DNA of 64,000 nucleotides, from NCBI RefSeq assembly GCF_964213995.1, contig NC_135813.1, positions 12,524,001 through 12,588,000 of the forward strand, in the 5' to 3' direction. Under the pieces are notes generated by a model. It saw only the letters and a program-made list of their open reading frames with translations, did not search any database and was not told where the DNA came from. The DNA comes from Mustelus asterias. Its lineage: Eukaryota. Shown here in pieces: positions 11,020-23,202 of the stretch. The translations under genes were made by a program, and so were the position numbers. Within the stretch, counting starts at the first letter, position 1, and every line of letters begins with the position of its first letter.

Positions 11020-12300
11020 GTGTCACTCTGCTACTTAAGAAAGGCGAGGGAGGGAATCTGAGGAATGATAGACCAGTTAGCCTCACATCTGTAGTCCAGA
11101 AATCACTAAAATGGAGTGTCTGAATGCCTTGAAAATATTCCACTGATTAGGGAAAGCCAGTCTAGATTTATAAGGGACATATCAAACGTGACAAAAGCTG
11201 TTTGAATGTTTTGAAGAGAAGATTAGATTATATGAATGTCAATGTACATTATTTACGTGGACTTCTAGAAGGCATTTGTTAAAGTCCCTTACAAGATATT
11301 GTTCTGCTGAAAGGTCATCACCTGAACCGTTAACTCTGTTTTCCTCTCTCCACAGGTGCTGCCAGACCTGCTGAGTATTTCCAGAATTTTCAGTTTTTGT
11401 TGTCCCTTATCAGAGGTTGTTGGCTAAAGTTGGAGCTCATGGAATAGATGACAAAGTATTGACCTGATTAGGAAATTGGCAGGAGACAGAGAATGGGGAT
11501 AAATGGACAGGATGTGAAGTGATGTCCCACACGGATTTGTGGCTTGGACTATTCGCCGTATTTATGAATAATTTAGATGATGGGATAAAGTGCCAGATAT
11601 CCAAATTTGCCAATGACACAAAGATAGATATCATTGTAAATAGTGCCGAGGGAAGCATAAAATTACAGAGATGTTCAAAGGTTACGTGTGAGTAAATCGG
11701 TGACAAATGGACTCCAATGAAGGCGAGTGTGAGGTAATCTATTTCAAAATTAGAAAGAATAGAACAGTGTGCTTTCTAATGTTGAAATGCTGGAAGCTGT
11801 GGCAGCTCAAAGAGACTTTGGGAATTGTGTGCATAAATCATTAAAATATCACAAACAGATACATAAAATAAACAATAAGGTTAATAGAACGCTGGGCTTT
11901 ATATCGAGAGGACTACAATACAAGAAATGAGAAATTAGGCTACAGACTTGCTCTCCGGAATTCTACCGCCTCGGCTGCCACGGATTTGGAGCGGGCGAGG
12001 GGCGAACAACGGAAATATCCGTTGACCTCGGGCGGGAATTTTCAGTCTCGCTTGAGCGAGGCCATAAAATCCCACCCATTGAACACCAATGAGATTACAC
12101 CAGGAATACTGGGTTTAGTCTGGAAGCTTCACTTTAACAGGAATATATTTTGCTTTGAAGGGAGTGTAGTGCTGATTTACCAGAATGATACCTGACACCA
12201 AGTGTTAATTTATAAAGAGAGAAACTGGGATTTGAATAGGTAGGTGCCTGATGGCCGGCGCAAATATGATGGGCTGAAGGGCCTCTTTTTGTACTGTAAA
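11020..12300 (+). mobile_element. Old degenerate CR1 RT region with nested insertions
   Basis: Remnants of RPVSLTSVV, KFANDTK and the ..FTRMIP segment. Confidence 0.7.
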
Positions 12301-12607
12301 ACCCAATGGCCCGAATTTTCTGGCCATTCTTGCCGGCAGGATCTTCCACTCCCACTGACAGCAAACCCCCACCACGGGATTCCTGGCAGCAGTGGGTGCA
12401 TCGAATGGGAAACCCCATTGATAGTTGCAGGATCCTGCTGCAGGCCAATGATGGGTTGCCTCCGCCACCATGAAACATGCTGCAGGAGCTGCAGAAAATC
12501 CCGCCCTCTGACTCGGTGAGATTGCACAACTATTGTTGCATTCCTTGGAACTTAGACAGTCAATGGATATTAAGGTGAGCTGATAGGGTAGATAGGGAAA
12601 ACTATTT

Positions 12608-12972
12608 TGGGCGGCATGGGGGCACAGTGGTTAGCGCTACTGCCTCACAGCACCAGGGACCTGGGTTCAATTCTGGCCTTGGGTGACTGTGTGGAGTTTG
12701 CACGTTCTCCCCGTGTCTGTGTGGGTTTCCTCCGGGTGCTCCGGTTTCCCCCCAGAGTCCAAAGATGTGCAGGTTAGGTGGATTGGCCATGCGAAATTGC
12801 CCCTTAGTGTCCAAAGATGTGTAGGTTAGGCGGATTGATCATGGTAAATGTGTGGGACTATGGGGGTAGGGGAGAGGGGAGGACCTTGGTGGGATGTTCT
12901 TTCAGAGAGTCAGTGCAGAAAGAGGCCATTCGGCCCATTGAGTCTGCACTGTAGGGATTCCATGATTCTATT
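12608..12972 (+). mobile_element. HE1-type V-SINE
   Basis: Same head, core and tail; a 5'-truncated relative lies at 9133-9350. Confidence 0.9.
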
Positions 12973-13315
12973 TCCTTTGCTCAGGGTGTTGAGGTTACCC
13001 TAGAAAATAAATCCAGATCTTCAGGAATGAAGTTAGGAGACACTTCTACAATCCCCCCCCCCCCTTATGCATAGAAGTTTGGGACCCTCTTTTAAAAGCT
13101 GCAGTTAATTGCCAGGTCGATTCTTAACTTTAAATCTGATGTTGACAGATGTTTGTTAACCAAAGGATATGGGGCAAAAAAGTAGGTTCAAGGGAGTTAA
13201 ATTGCCTCTTCCTGTGTTCCTGAGAAGGTCATGTTTTAATTGAAGTTCGGGAATGCCCCTATGCTTTTCCCTTGGACAGTTCCCAGTCTGATGTGGGCTG
13301 GCCTCAGTGTCTACT

Positions 13316-13453
13316 GATGTGGAGATGCCGGCGTTGGATTGGGGTAAACACAGTAAGAGTTTTAACAACACCAGGTTAAAGTCCAACAGGTTATTTATTT
13401 GGTAGCAAATGGACCTGTTGGACTTTAACCTGGTGTTGTTAAAACTCTTACTT
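13316..13453. mobile_element. Penelope-like terminal-repeat insertion with a perfect 40-bp inverted repeat and 10-bp target duplication
   Basis: 13352-13391 is the exact reverse complement of 13413-13452; agtgtctact at 13306 and 13454; the same start sequence occurs at about 4385-4421. Confidence 0.7.
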
Positions 13454-13705
13454 AGTGTCTACTTCCACAGCAGTGGGAAATCGTTCCGTGTGTCACTGAA
13501 GCGGTAATGTATTCTCAGAATCCCAGAATCATTCAGATGGGAGAAATCTAAGAACCAAACGGTTATCTTCTAAGAACCTGGGACCAGAATAAAAACAGAT
13601 TAACTTTTCAAAGGCTTCTTATCCGGTATTTGTAAAGGATTAACCTCAATTAGGGACCTATCAGCTCGGAACTTTTCAGTTGATTGTAACTTGTTTACAG
13701 GTCAC

Positions 13706-13756
13706 ATGGCGAATCTGACTCCAGCTCAAATATTTATTCGGGGAACTACTACAGAC
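13706..13756 (+). CDS. PHYHD1: PHYHD1 candidate first coding exon (MANLTPAQI...)
   Basis: Acceptor ttgtttacag ends at 13700. MANLTPAQI resembles the human N-terminus MACLSPSQL. The only phase-0 donor is a weak GAC|GTGTAA at 13757, so the 3' boundary is uncertain. Confidence 0.5.
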
Positions 13757-13906
13757 GTGTAATATTTATTTTCACATGGACACACATACCCTTTTGACCC
13801 ACATCGGTCAACGCAGGGAGTAGCCTGGCGTGTGTCCATGTACATGTGACAGGCAAAGCAGCTTTAATGCTTTCCTTTCTCAGTCTCGTTGTTCGGCCGA
13901 AGGAGA

Positions 13907-13954
13907 ATGAATATATCTTCAAATAACATGCTCACTGGCGAATTCAGCACAGCG
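13907..13954 (+). CDS. PHYHD1: PHYHD1 alternative candidate first coding exon (MNISSNNMLTGEFSTA)
   Basis: Acceptor tttcctttctcag ends at 13883, consensus donor GCG|GTGAGT at 13955, and ATG 13907 is in phase 0 with the exon at 18597. No homology support. Confidence 0.3.
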
Positions 13955-14094
13955 GTGAGTAGTGACTTTCGCACAGTCAAAAGTTCAGGGAGTCCTGGGG
14001 AAGTTTGCATCACCTTCACTTTGTTACACTTGTTGCCAGCAAATGTGTTTAGCTGCCCGCTGTACACTGCAGCCTACCTTTTATACTTAGTGCG

Positions 14095-17000
14095 CTTAAT
14101 TGGAACACATTCTGGGGAAGGTGGGACCTGTACAAACAGGACGGGGTGCACCTGAACCAGAGGGGCACCAATATCCTAGGAGGGAAATTTGCTACGGCTC
14201 TTCAGGGGGGTTTAAACTAAATTGTCAGGGGAGTGGGAAAAGGAGTTGTAGTCCAGAGGTCAGTGAGGGTGGTGAGGTATTGGGGAAGGTATCAGGGTCA
14301 AGGGTGGGTACCGGTAGACAGGAAGGTGGGTTGAAGTGTGTCTACTTCAATGCAAGGAGCATCCGGAACAAAGTAGATGAGCTTGGGGCGTGGATTGGTA
14401 CTTGGGACTACGATGTTGTGGCCATTACGGAGACGTGGGTAGAACAAGGACAGGAATGGTTGTTGGACGTTCCGGGGTATGGATGTTTCACTAAGTGTAG
14501 GGAAGCTGGTAAAAGAGGTGGAGGAGTGGCATTGTTAATCAAGGATAGTTTAACGGCTGCGGAAAGGCACTTCGAGGGGGATCTGCACACTGAGGTAATA
14601 TGGGCTGAGGTTAGAAATAGGAAAGGAGCAGTCACATTGTTAGGAGTTTACTATAGGCCCCCAAATAGTAATAGAGATGTGGAGGAAGAAATTGCTAAGC
14701 AGATTATGGATATGTGTGGGGGTCGCAGGGTAGTTGTCATGGGGGACTTTAACTTTCCAAATATTACCTTTTGTAGGTCAAATAGTTCGGATGGGGCAGT
14801 TTTTGTGCAGTGTGTGCAGGAGGGTTTCCTGACACAATATGTGGATAGGCCGACAAGAGGTGAGGCCACATTGGATTTGGTACTGGGAAATGAACCGGGC
14901 CAAGTGTTAGATTTGGTTGTGGGAGAGCACTTTGGAGATAGTGACCACAATTCGCTGTCTTTTGTTATTGCAATAGAGAGGGATAGGGCCGTACGGCAGG
15001 GCAAGGTTTACAATTGGGGGAGAGGTAATTATGATGCGATTAGGCAAGAATTAGGGGACATAAGTTGGGAACAGAAACTGTCAGGGAAAGGAACTAATGA
15101 AAAGTGGAACTTTTTCAAGGAACAAATACTGGGTGTCCTTGATAGGTATGTCCCTGTCAGGCAGGGAGGAAATGGCCGAGTGAGGGAACCATGGTTCACG
15201 AAAGAGGTGGAATGTCTTGTGAAAAGGAAGAGGGAAGCTTATGTAGGGATGAGGAAACAAGGTTCAGATGGCTCGATTGAGAGTTACAAGTTAGCAAGGA
15301 ATGAGCTGAAAAAGGGGCTTAGGAGAGCTAGGAGGGGACATGAGAAGTCCTTGGCGGGTCGGATCAAGGAAAACCCCAAGGCTTTTTACTCTTATGTGAG
15401 GAATAAAAGAATGACCAGGGTGAGGTTAGGGCCGGTCAAGGACAGTAGTGGGAACTTGTGTATGGAGTCAGTAGAGATAGGCGAGGTGATGTTAGGTCCA
15501 AGCAGCTAAAAACGGAGGGAGCTCTGGAGGAGTACAATGAAAGTAGGAAAATACTCAAACGGGGAATTAGAAGAGCAAAAAGGGGTCACGAAATGTTCTT
15601 GGCAGACAGGATTAAGGAGAATCCCAAGGCATTTTATTCATACGTTAGGAACAAAAGGGTTGTTAGGGAAAAAATTGGACCTCTCAGGGACAAAAGTGGG
15701 GACTTATGCTTGGAGCCCAAAGAAGTAGGGGAGATCCTAAATGAATACTTTGCGTCGGTATTCACAAAGGAGAGGGATGTGTTGACTGGGAGTGTCTCGG
15801 AGGGGAGTGTTGAACCGTTGGAGAAAATCTCCATTACAAAGGAGGAGGTGTTAGGTTTGTTAGAGAATATAAAGACTGACAAATCCCCAGGGCCTGATGG
15901 AATCTATCCAAGGCTGCTCAGGGAGACGAGAGGTGAAATCGTTGGGCCTCTGACGCAAATCTTTGTCTCGTCACTGGACACAGGTGAGGTCCCAGAGGAT
16001 TGGAGGATAGCCAATGTGGTCCCGTTATTTAAGAAGGGTAGGAAGGATAACCCGGGTAATTATAGGCCGGTGAGCTTGACATCCGTGGTGGGGAAGTTGT
16101 TGGAGAAGGTTCTTAGAGATAGGATGTATGCGCATTTAGAAAGGAATAAACTCATTAACGATAGTCAGCATGGTTTTGTGAGAGGGAGGTCATGCCTCAC
16201 TAACCTGGTGGTGTTTTTTGAAGAAGTGACCAAAATGGTTGACGAAGGAAGGGCCGTGGATGTTGTCTATATGGACTTTAGTAAAGCGTTTGACAAAGTC
16301 CCTCATGGTAGGCTAGTGAAAAAGGTTGGATCCCATGGGATAAAGGGGGAGGTGGCTAGATGGGTGGAGAACTGGCTTGGTCATAGAAGACAGAGGGTGG
16401 TAGTGGAAGGGTCTTTTTCCGGCTGGAGGCCTGTGACTAGTGGTGTACCGCAGGGCTCTGTATTGGGACCTCTGCTGTTTGTGATTTATATAAATGATCT
16501 GGAAGAAGGAGTAACTGGGGTGATCAGTAAGTTTGCGGACGACACAAAACTGGCAGGACTTGCAGATAGTGAGGAACATTGTCAGAGGCTACAGAAGGAT
16601 ATAGATAGGCTGGAAATTTGGGCAAGGAAATGGCAGATGGAGTTCAATCCTGATAAATGCGAAGTGATGCATTTTGGTGGGAATAATGTAGGGAGGAGCT
16701 ACACGATAAATGGAAGAACCATAAAGGGTGTAGAGACGCAGAGGGACCTGGGTGTGCAAGTCCACAGATCTTTGAAGGTGACGTCACAGGTGGAGAAGGT
16801 GGTGAAGAAGGCATATGGCATGCTTGCCTTTATAGGACGGGGCATAGAGTATAAGAGTTGGGGTCTGATGTTGCAGATGTATAGAACGTTGGTTCGGCCG
16901 CATTTGGAATACTGCGTCCAGTTCTGGTCGCCACACTACCAGAAGGACGTGGAGGCTTTGGAGACAGTACAGAGGAGGTTTACCAGGATGTTGCCTGGTA

Positions 17001-17440
17001 TGGAGGGGCTTGGTTATGAGGAGAGATTGGGGAAACTGGGGTTGTTCTCCTTGGAAGGACGGAGGATGAGGGGAGACTTAATAGAGGTGTATAAAATTAT
17101 GAAAGGCATAGATAGGGTGAACGGTGGGAAGCTTTTCCCCGGGTCGGTGGTGACGTTCACGAGGGGTCATAGGTTCAAGGTGAAGGGGGGGAGGTTTAAC
17201 ACAGATATCAGAAGGACATATTTCACACAGAGGGTCGTGGGGGCCTGGAATGTGTTGCCGGGCAAGGTGGTGGAGGCGGACACACTGGGAACGTTTAAGA
17301 CTTATCTAGACAGCTATATGAACGGAGTGGGAATGGAGGGATACAAAAGAATGGTCTAGTTTGGACCAGGGAGCGGCACGGGCTTGGAGGGCCGAAGGGC
17401 CTGTTCCTGTGCTGTATTGTTCTTTGTTTTTTTGTTCTGT
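14095..17440 (+). mobile_element. Young CR1-clade LINE, chimeric: ORF1 esterase C-terminus, AP endonuclease, reverse transcriptase and 3' tail
   Basis: 14098-14220 encodes NWNTFWGRWDLYKQDGVHLNQRG...LN* (SGNH esterase DGxH motif). Endonuclease motifs NARSI, ITETW, YRPP, GDFN, LDL, SDH. RT motifs KSPGPDGI, NYRPVSLTS, DFSKAFD, GVPQGSVLGP, FADD. Tail ends in gttcttt-type repeats. Confidence 0.96.
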
Positions 17441-17741
17441 TTTTTAAACCACATTCTATCACATTGTATCCATCAGGTTAGAAACCACATTAGAGGTAAA
17501 GTGGCCATAAACCCCAAATGACCGTAGACTACTGACCCCTTTGAGGGGGGAGAGCAGATTGGTGGTGATTTAACCCGAGGATCCTCAGGCCAGAGGCAAG
17601 GTTGAGAAGGCAGGGCCTTCATGAAGATTATAAAGCACATTAGCTCAAACGGGACATATTTCACACGGGATTGACATTAAACCAGATTTAAACCACATTG
17701 TTGCACTGAATTCACACTACACCATATTTAAGCCCATGTCA

Positions 17742-18098
17742 TTTTTAAAATTCATTCATGGGACATGGGCGTCGCTGGCTAGCCAGCATTTATTACCCAT
17801 CCCTAGTTGCCTTTGGGGAGCAGTTGAGAGTCAACCACATTGCTGTGGCCTTGGAGTCACATGTAGGCCAAGAACAGGTAAAGAGAGTGGATTTCCTTTC
17901 CTAAAGGACATTAGTGAACCTTGGTTCTTCCGACAATTGACAATGGTTTCACAGTCATCAGTAGATTCTTAATTCCATATTTTTAAAAATTGAATTCAAA
18001 TTCCACCATCTGCTGTGGCAGGATTTGAACCCAGGTCCTCAGTGCATTAGCTGAGTTTCTGGATTAATAGTCTCGTGATAACACCACTGGGCCATCGC
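17742..18098 (-). mobile_element. Second tRNA-derived SINE family (copies also at about 35552-35900 -, 56035-56310 +, fragments 4445-4620 and 29170-29330)
   Basis: B-box-like gggttcaaatcc on the minus strand; shared body gagagtcaaccacattgctgtggc...tcagtagattcttaattcca. Confidence 0.75.
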
Positions 18099-18596
18099 TT
18101 GCATCATGTGGAAATCTCAGTTGTAAACTGTGATGGGTGGAGAGATAGCATCCATTGTTACCATAGAAATGGCATCATTCTTGGAGCAGGTTCACAGGCT
18201 GTTTTCTCAACTGTAGTCCGGTGCTTCAATCACTGTGAGACACAGCGCAGGACATGCCTCTACATTCCTTGCATTTAGTACCAGTGGGTCTCGGAGCGCT
18301 GTTCATTACCGTGGCATCACAGCTGTCCGTGTGTGCCATCTGACGGAGATTATTGAATAGCAAACTAGAGCACACTCTCATCTGAAAGATCACACCTTGG
18401 AAGTGCTGCACTCACTCAGTACTGCAATTAAGCTATAGGTAAGATTGTGTGCTGAACTCCTGCAGTGAGATTTGGACGCATGACCATCTAACTCAGGACT
18501 GAGAGGGTTATCGCTGAGCTGACCATGAGTACAGAATTTAATGAGCAGGTTCTGATCTAATTTATCTGTTAAAACTTTACTTCCCCTCATCTCCAG

Positions 18597-18755
18597 TTCA
18601 GGAAAGATGGCTTTGTTGCAATTGAAGGGTTTTTCACAGAAGATGAGTGTGACTCTCTGAGAGCACGGATTTCAGACATTATTGATGAGATGGAGGTTCC
18701 CCAAGAACTTCGCACTGAATTCTCAACACAAGAAACGGAGCAGCTTAACAGACAG
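18597..18755 (+). CDS. PHYHD1: PHYHD1 coding exon (FRKDGFVAIEG...EQLNRQ)
   Basis: ctccag| ... CAG|gtttgt; 159 nt; matches PHYHD1 FQQDGFLVLEGF...RTEFSTQEEEQLRAQ. Confidence 0.95.
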
Positions 18756-18897
18756 GTTTGTATTTAGGTGTGTGCGTGAAAGAACTTGGTGTTGGTGTGT
18801 GTTTGTCAGTGATCGCAGTGCGTGTGCCTATAGTGTTTTATGTGCATGACAGGGTGTCTACTTAAGGATGTGATATTTTAATTAATTAAAATGTTTA

Positions 18898-19292
18898 AAT
18901 GTTAGCCCAATCCATCATGCAAACCAGCCTCCCATCCATTGACTCTGTCTACACTTCCCACTGCCTCGGCAAAGCAGCCAGTATAATTAAGGACCCCACG
19001 CACCCCGGACATTCTCTCTTCCACCTTCTTCCGTCGGGGAAAGGATACAAAAGTCTGACGTCACGTACCAACCGACTCAAGAACAGTTTCTTCCCTGCTG
19101 CTATCAGACTTTTGAATGGACCTACCTCGCATTAAGTTGATCTTTCTCTACACCCTAGCGATGACTGTGACACTTCATTCTGCAATCTCTCCTTTCCTTC
19201 TCTATGAACGGTATGCTTTGTCTGTACAGCGCGCAAGAAACTATACTTTTCAATGTATGTTAATAGATGTGACAATAATAAATCAAATCAAA
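18898..19292 (+). mobile_element. Rex1-type LINE 3' fragment
   Basis: [14 protein letters not shown]...KNSFFPAAIRLLN; (aaatc)n tail. Confidence 0.9.
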
Positions 19293-19539
19293 TACCAAAG
19301 GAATGATAACTTGTTTCAGATTGACCCATAACCTTAAATTAAAGCCTTGCATTCTTTAGTTGGGAGGTGTCAGGAAGTGAATTACTCATTTGATTTGATT
19401 TATTATTGGCACTGGTACGAAAGCAAATGTGGTTAATCTCGTTGAAAAGTCCAATGGTTTTGTTGTTTATAAGAACACAAATAACTGAAGGATGAGAATA
19501 TTCCACGCAGACAAGTGAAGCTCGTGCCCCTGGTACTCA

Positions 19540-19861
19540 ATAGAATCCCGACGGTGCAGAAGGAGGCCATTTGGCCCATCGAGTCTGCACTGACAACAAT
19601 CCCACCCAGGTCCTATCCCTGTAACCCCACATATTTACCCTGCTAGTCCCCCCTGACACTAAGGGCAATTTAGCATGGCCAATCAACCTAACCCGCACAT
19701 CTTTGGACTGTGGGAGAAAACCGGAGCATCCGGAGGAAACCCACGCAGAGACGGGGAGAATGTGCAAACTCCACACAGACAGTGACCCGAGGCCGGAATT
19801 GAACTCGGGACCCTGGCCCTGTGAGGCAGCGGTGCTAACCGCTGTGCCACCGTGCTGCCCC
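19540..19861 (-). mobile_element. HE1-type V-SINE
   Basis: Same head, core and tail. Confidence 0.9.
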
Positions 19862-20226
19862 CTGTTATTTTAACTCTCCTGTTGAAGCATCCAACTGGAT
19901 TTTGAAAGCTCCAATTGTTTATAGCACAACTGTTCTCTCCTGGCAGGTTGTTCCAAAGGTTTTTTCAGTCTTTAAGTAAGGAACTTGCTCCTAATATCTG
20001 GTTTCAATTTATTTTTCACTAATGCATGCCATCAAACTCTCCTGACTTTCCATGGCTATTGGAGATTGAGAGGAATCCTTTTTTTTTCTTTGTCTTAATG
20101 CATTCCTGACTGGCCTCAGAAGATGCAGGTGAGCAAGTGTGTTGGTGGTTACATAGCGGATCTCTGCTTCATAACAAATTCTGGGTTGTAGAGATTCTGC
20201 TGTTAATTGTTGCAATTGTTTTTTAG

Positions 20227-20331
<105 letters not shown>

Positions 20332-20902
20332 TAATTAATAAAAGAAACATTTGCATTTATATGACGCCTTTATTATCACAGTGAAGCACTTCACATAATG
20401 AATTATCTTTTTGAAGTACAGTTACTTTTGTTATAAGAGCATAAGAACTAGGAGGAGGCCATCTGACCCCCTCGAGCCTGCACCACCATTCAATAAGATC
20501 ATGGCTGATCTTTTCGTGGGCTCAGCTCCACTTACCCGCCCGCTCACCCTTAATTCCTTTACTGTTCAAACATTTATCTATCCTTGCCTTAAAAACATTC
20601 GATGAGGTAGCTTCCGCTGCTTCACTGGGCAGGGAATTCCACAGATTCACTTCCCTTTAGGTGAAGAAGTTCCTCCTCAACTCAAACCAAAAATTGAGAC
20701 TTTTACACACTTCAAATCCCTGATAAGCAGCAGTCCATTCTGATTGTTGTGATGCACTGTCAGCTTGTGAAAATATAATTGTTCTGATTGTCAATTCTCT
20801 GCTTGTCCTTTCTTTTGAGTCTATTTCTATCTAAAATAATAATCTAACTATTTTCAGAGGCCCTTCCTGCTATTTCAGGAATGCTTTAGTGATCTTAGTT
20901 GA

Positions 20903-22327
20903 TGTTATGACTGGACAGGAAGATTCCAGAATGGAATCTTGGCGCACAAGACTGTAACTTTTACTACTTTTTAATAAAAACATGAAGGAACAGAATCACA
21001 GGACCTCTAATTCGTTTTAACAACAGGGGAAAAAATTAAACATAAAAACGTTGGATTATAATATAATACTCCTTTACTCCCCCCACACACACATTTTAAT
21101 TAACACAATTACAAAGTATATTGTAAGTTACAATGTTCTCATTAACACAACATACCTTTAAACACACAGATTGGTTGTGGTCAAATACACACACTCCACT
21201 CTGAACCCAAGTTAGTATCTGGGTATTTCTCCTCAGAGTCTTACCAGATGATTGTCACATGAGAGTTTTCAAACTCCATTCCCAAAATATGCTTTAAAAT
21301 CTTCATTCATAATAATACTTTCCTTTAGTGGTTTGTATTCCAAGATCAGATCCACGTTTTCTAAATGATACTTTTAAGAAAAGCTTCTCCTCCACTTTCA
21401 ACAGTAAATCCAGTCCAGGATTTACATCGACACCTTTAGGATTTTTTTGGCTTGACTGCTGTACAAGCTGTTCACAATTGATTTAACTCTCAATTTCCGG
21501 ACTCTAATAAAATGGTATCAAATGTTTCATTTACCTCTGAAATCTGCTATCCTACCTTAAATTTGGTACTACAATTGTCTCTTTAAGTCAGTAAAAAGTC
21601 TTGCAACACGAAGTTAACTTTAACTCAGATCACTTTCTTCCTTGCATTTTTCTGTTAAATATCTTGGTCTCTGTTCTTTTAACTCGAGGCATCTTAGACA
21701 TTCCTTTTGTTCCAATTCTCTGGTTATATGAATTGTAATTTGTCCCTTAGGAAGCCTGCATCTTTACAACTCCCTTGTCCTGTCTAGCTTCTCCTGGCAG
21801 AATTGAGAGAGGTTCATTCCCTGTTTATTTGATTTGATTTATTGTTGTCACATGTGTTGGGATACAGTGAAAAGTATTGTTTCTTGTGCATTATACAGTC
21901 AAAACATACCGTTCATAGAGTACGTAGGGGAGAAGAAAAGGATAGGATGCAGGACAGCGTGTTGCAGTTGCAGGTAGGGTGAAAAGAGTTGGAGTTCAGT
22001 TTTAAGAGCATAAAACGTTAGTAAAAGATGGAATTGGGGGATATGCTAAACTTAAAAAGCTTTTCTATCTTACAAGGGCTCCAGTTGCAAAGCAACAACT
22101 GCTACTACTATTTATTCTTCATACTGTAACCCTCTCTAAGCACAATAGAATCACAGTTGGAATTGAAACCAATCCCCAAACATACAAACACCTTTGTTCA
22201 GCATGAATCTAACTATAGGTTTTACCCTTCCAGGGACAGAAATATTAAACACACTCAGAATTATACCTTAATTCTAATGTCTACCAATACAAATATAAAT
22301 CCCTTAAAACAACCTTTGTTTTCTTGC
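20903..22327 (-). mobile_element. Probable solo LTR with nested Rex1 tail; diverged inverted partial copy at 22375-22565
   Basis: Ends ...cataaca on the minus strand; second copy begins tgttaggaaaacaa and matches about 21800-22160 in reverse; non-coding and AT-rich. Confidence 0.45.
21824..21985 (-). mobile_element. Rex1-type 3' tail inserted in an LTR-like sequence
   Basis: Matches the tails at 3780-3920 and 32541-32690. Confidence 0.75.
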
Positions 22328-23202
22328 TTCTGAGATGTTGCAAAATGTCCAGCATGTTTGGAGAGATAATAAAATTGTTAGGAAAACAATGGTTGTGATT
22401 CTATTGGGCTTAGAGAGGGTTACAGCATGAAGAATAGAAGTAGCAGTCATTGCTTAGCAACTGGAGCCCTTGTAAGTTAGAAAAGCTTTTAAGTTTTAGT
22501 TTTAGCTGGTTATATTGCATTTGGAGACAGGACACCAGGGAGCAAACCTCTCTCAACTCTGCCACCTAATTGGATGGTTCTACTAAAAAAGCCATCTCAG
22601 GCATGGTGGATTGAATGATCTCATTCTGTGTTGCATCATTCTATGATTTTCCCATAGCTGTGACTGCACTTCACTAAGATATTAAAGGCACCATATAAAT
22701 GCAAGTTCATGCCTTCTGACAATGTAGAACGTGTATCAATATTTTGGAATGAAACTGCTCCTTTTTTTAGATGTCATTTGTCCTCATTCTTAGTTCTGCG
22801 GGTGAGAGTTGATGGATTTCCTCCACTATGCCATTCTGTAATAATTACCTAGAAAGTGACAAATGACAGATGAGGGATGCCTCTTCCCCTCTCCCCATGG
22901 TCTCCAATTGGATAGCACTCTGATATACCATGGCTTAAGATCAGGGACCCAGCAAGGAATAATAGCTGTCAACACTTGTGCAGTGCGTTGAACCTCCACC
23001 ATGGCAACAAACATCTGTTCTTTATGGTACAATTATTGTTTTCTTTTCCTGCCCTAAAACTGCTGACTCCTGTTGGGATACCGTTCCAAGGACACTGGCT
23101 GTCCTCTAGTACATTGCTCATTCTTCATGTCTGGACTTTGACAGTGAATGATGTATTTAGTGGCAAGGATTTACAGTGGATATCAGTCACCTTTTCATTT
23201 AA

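Noticed and set aside
11303-11335. Possible hammerhead ribozyme in a Penelope-type repeat
   Set aside because: The core reads CTGCTGA...GAAC rather than CTGANGA...GAAA, so it is at best an inactive relic.
14100-17359. Intact autonomous LINE or domesticated RT gene
   Set aside because: ORF1 is truncated, ORF2 is split between two subfamilies in different frames, and the endonuclease has a small deletion.
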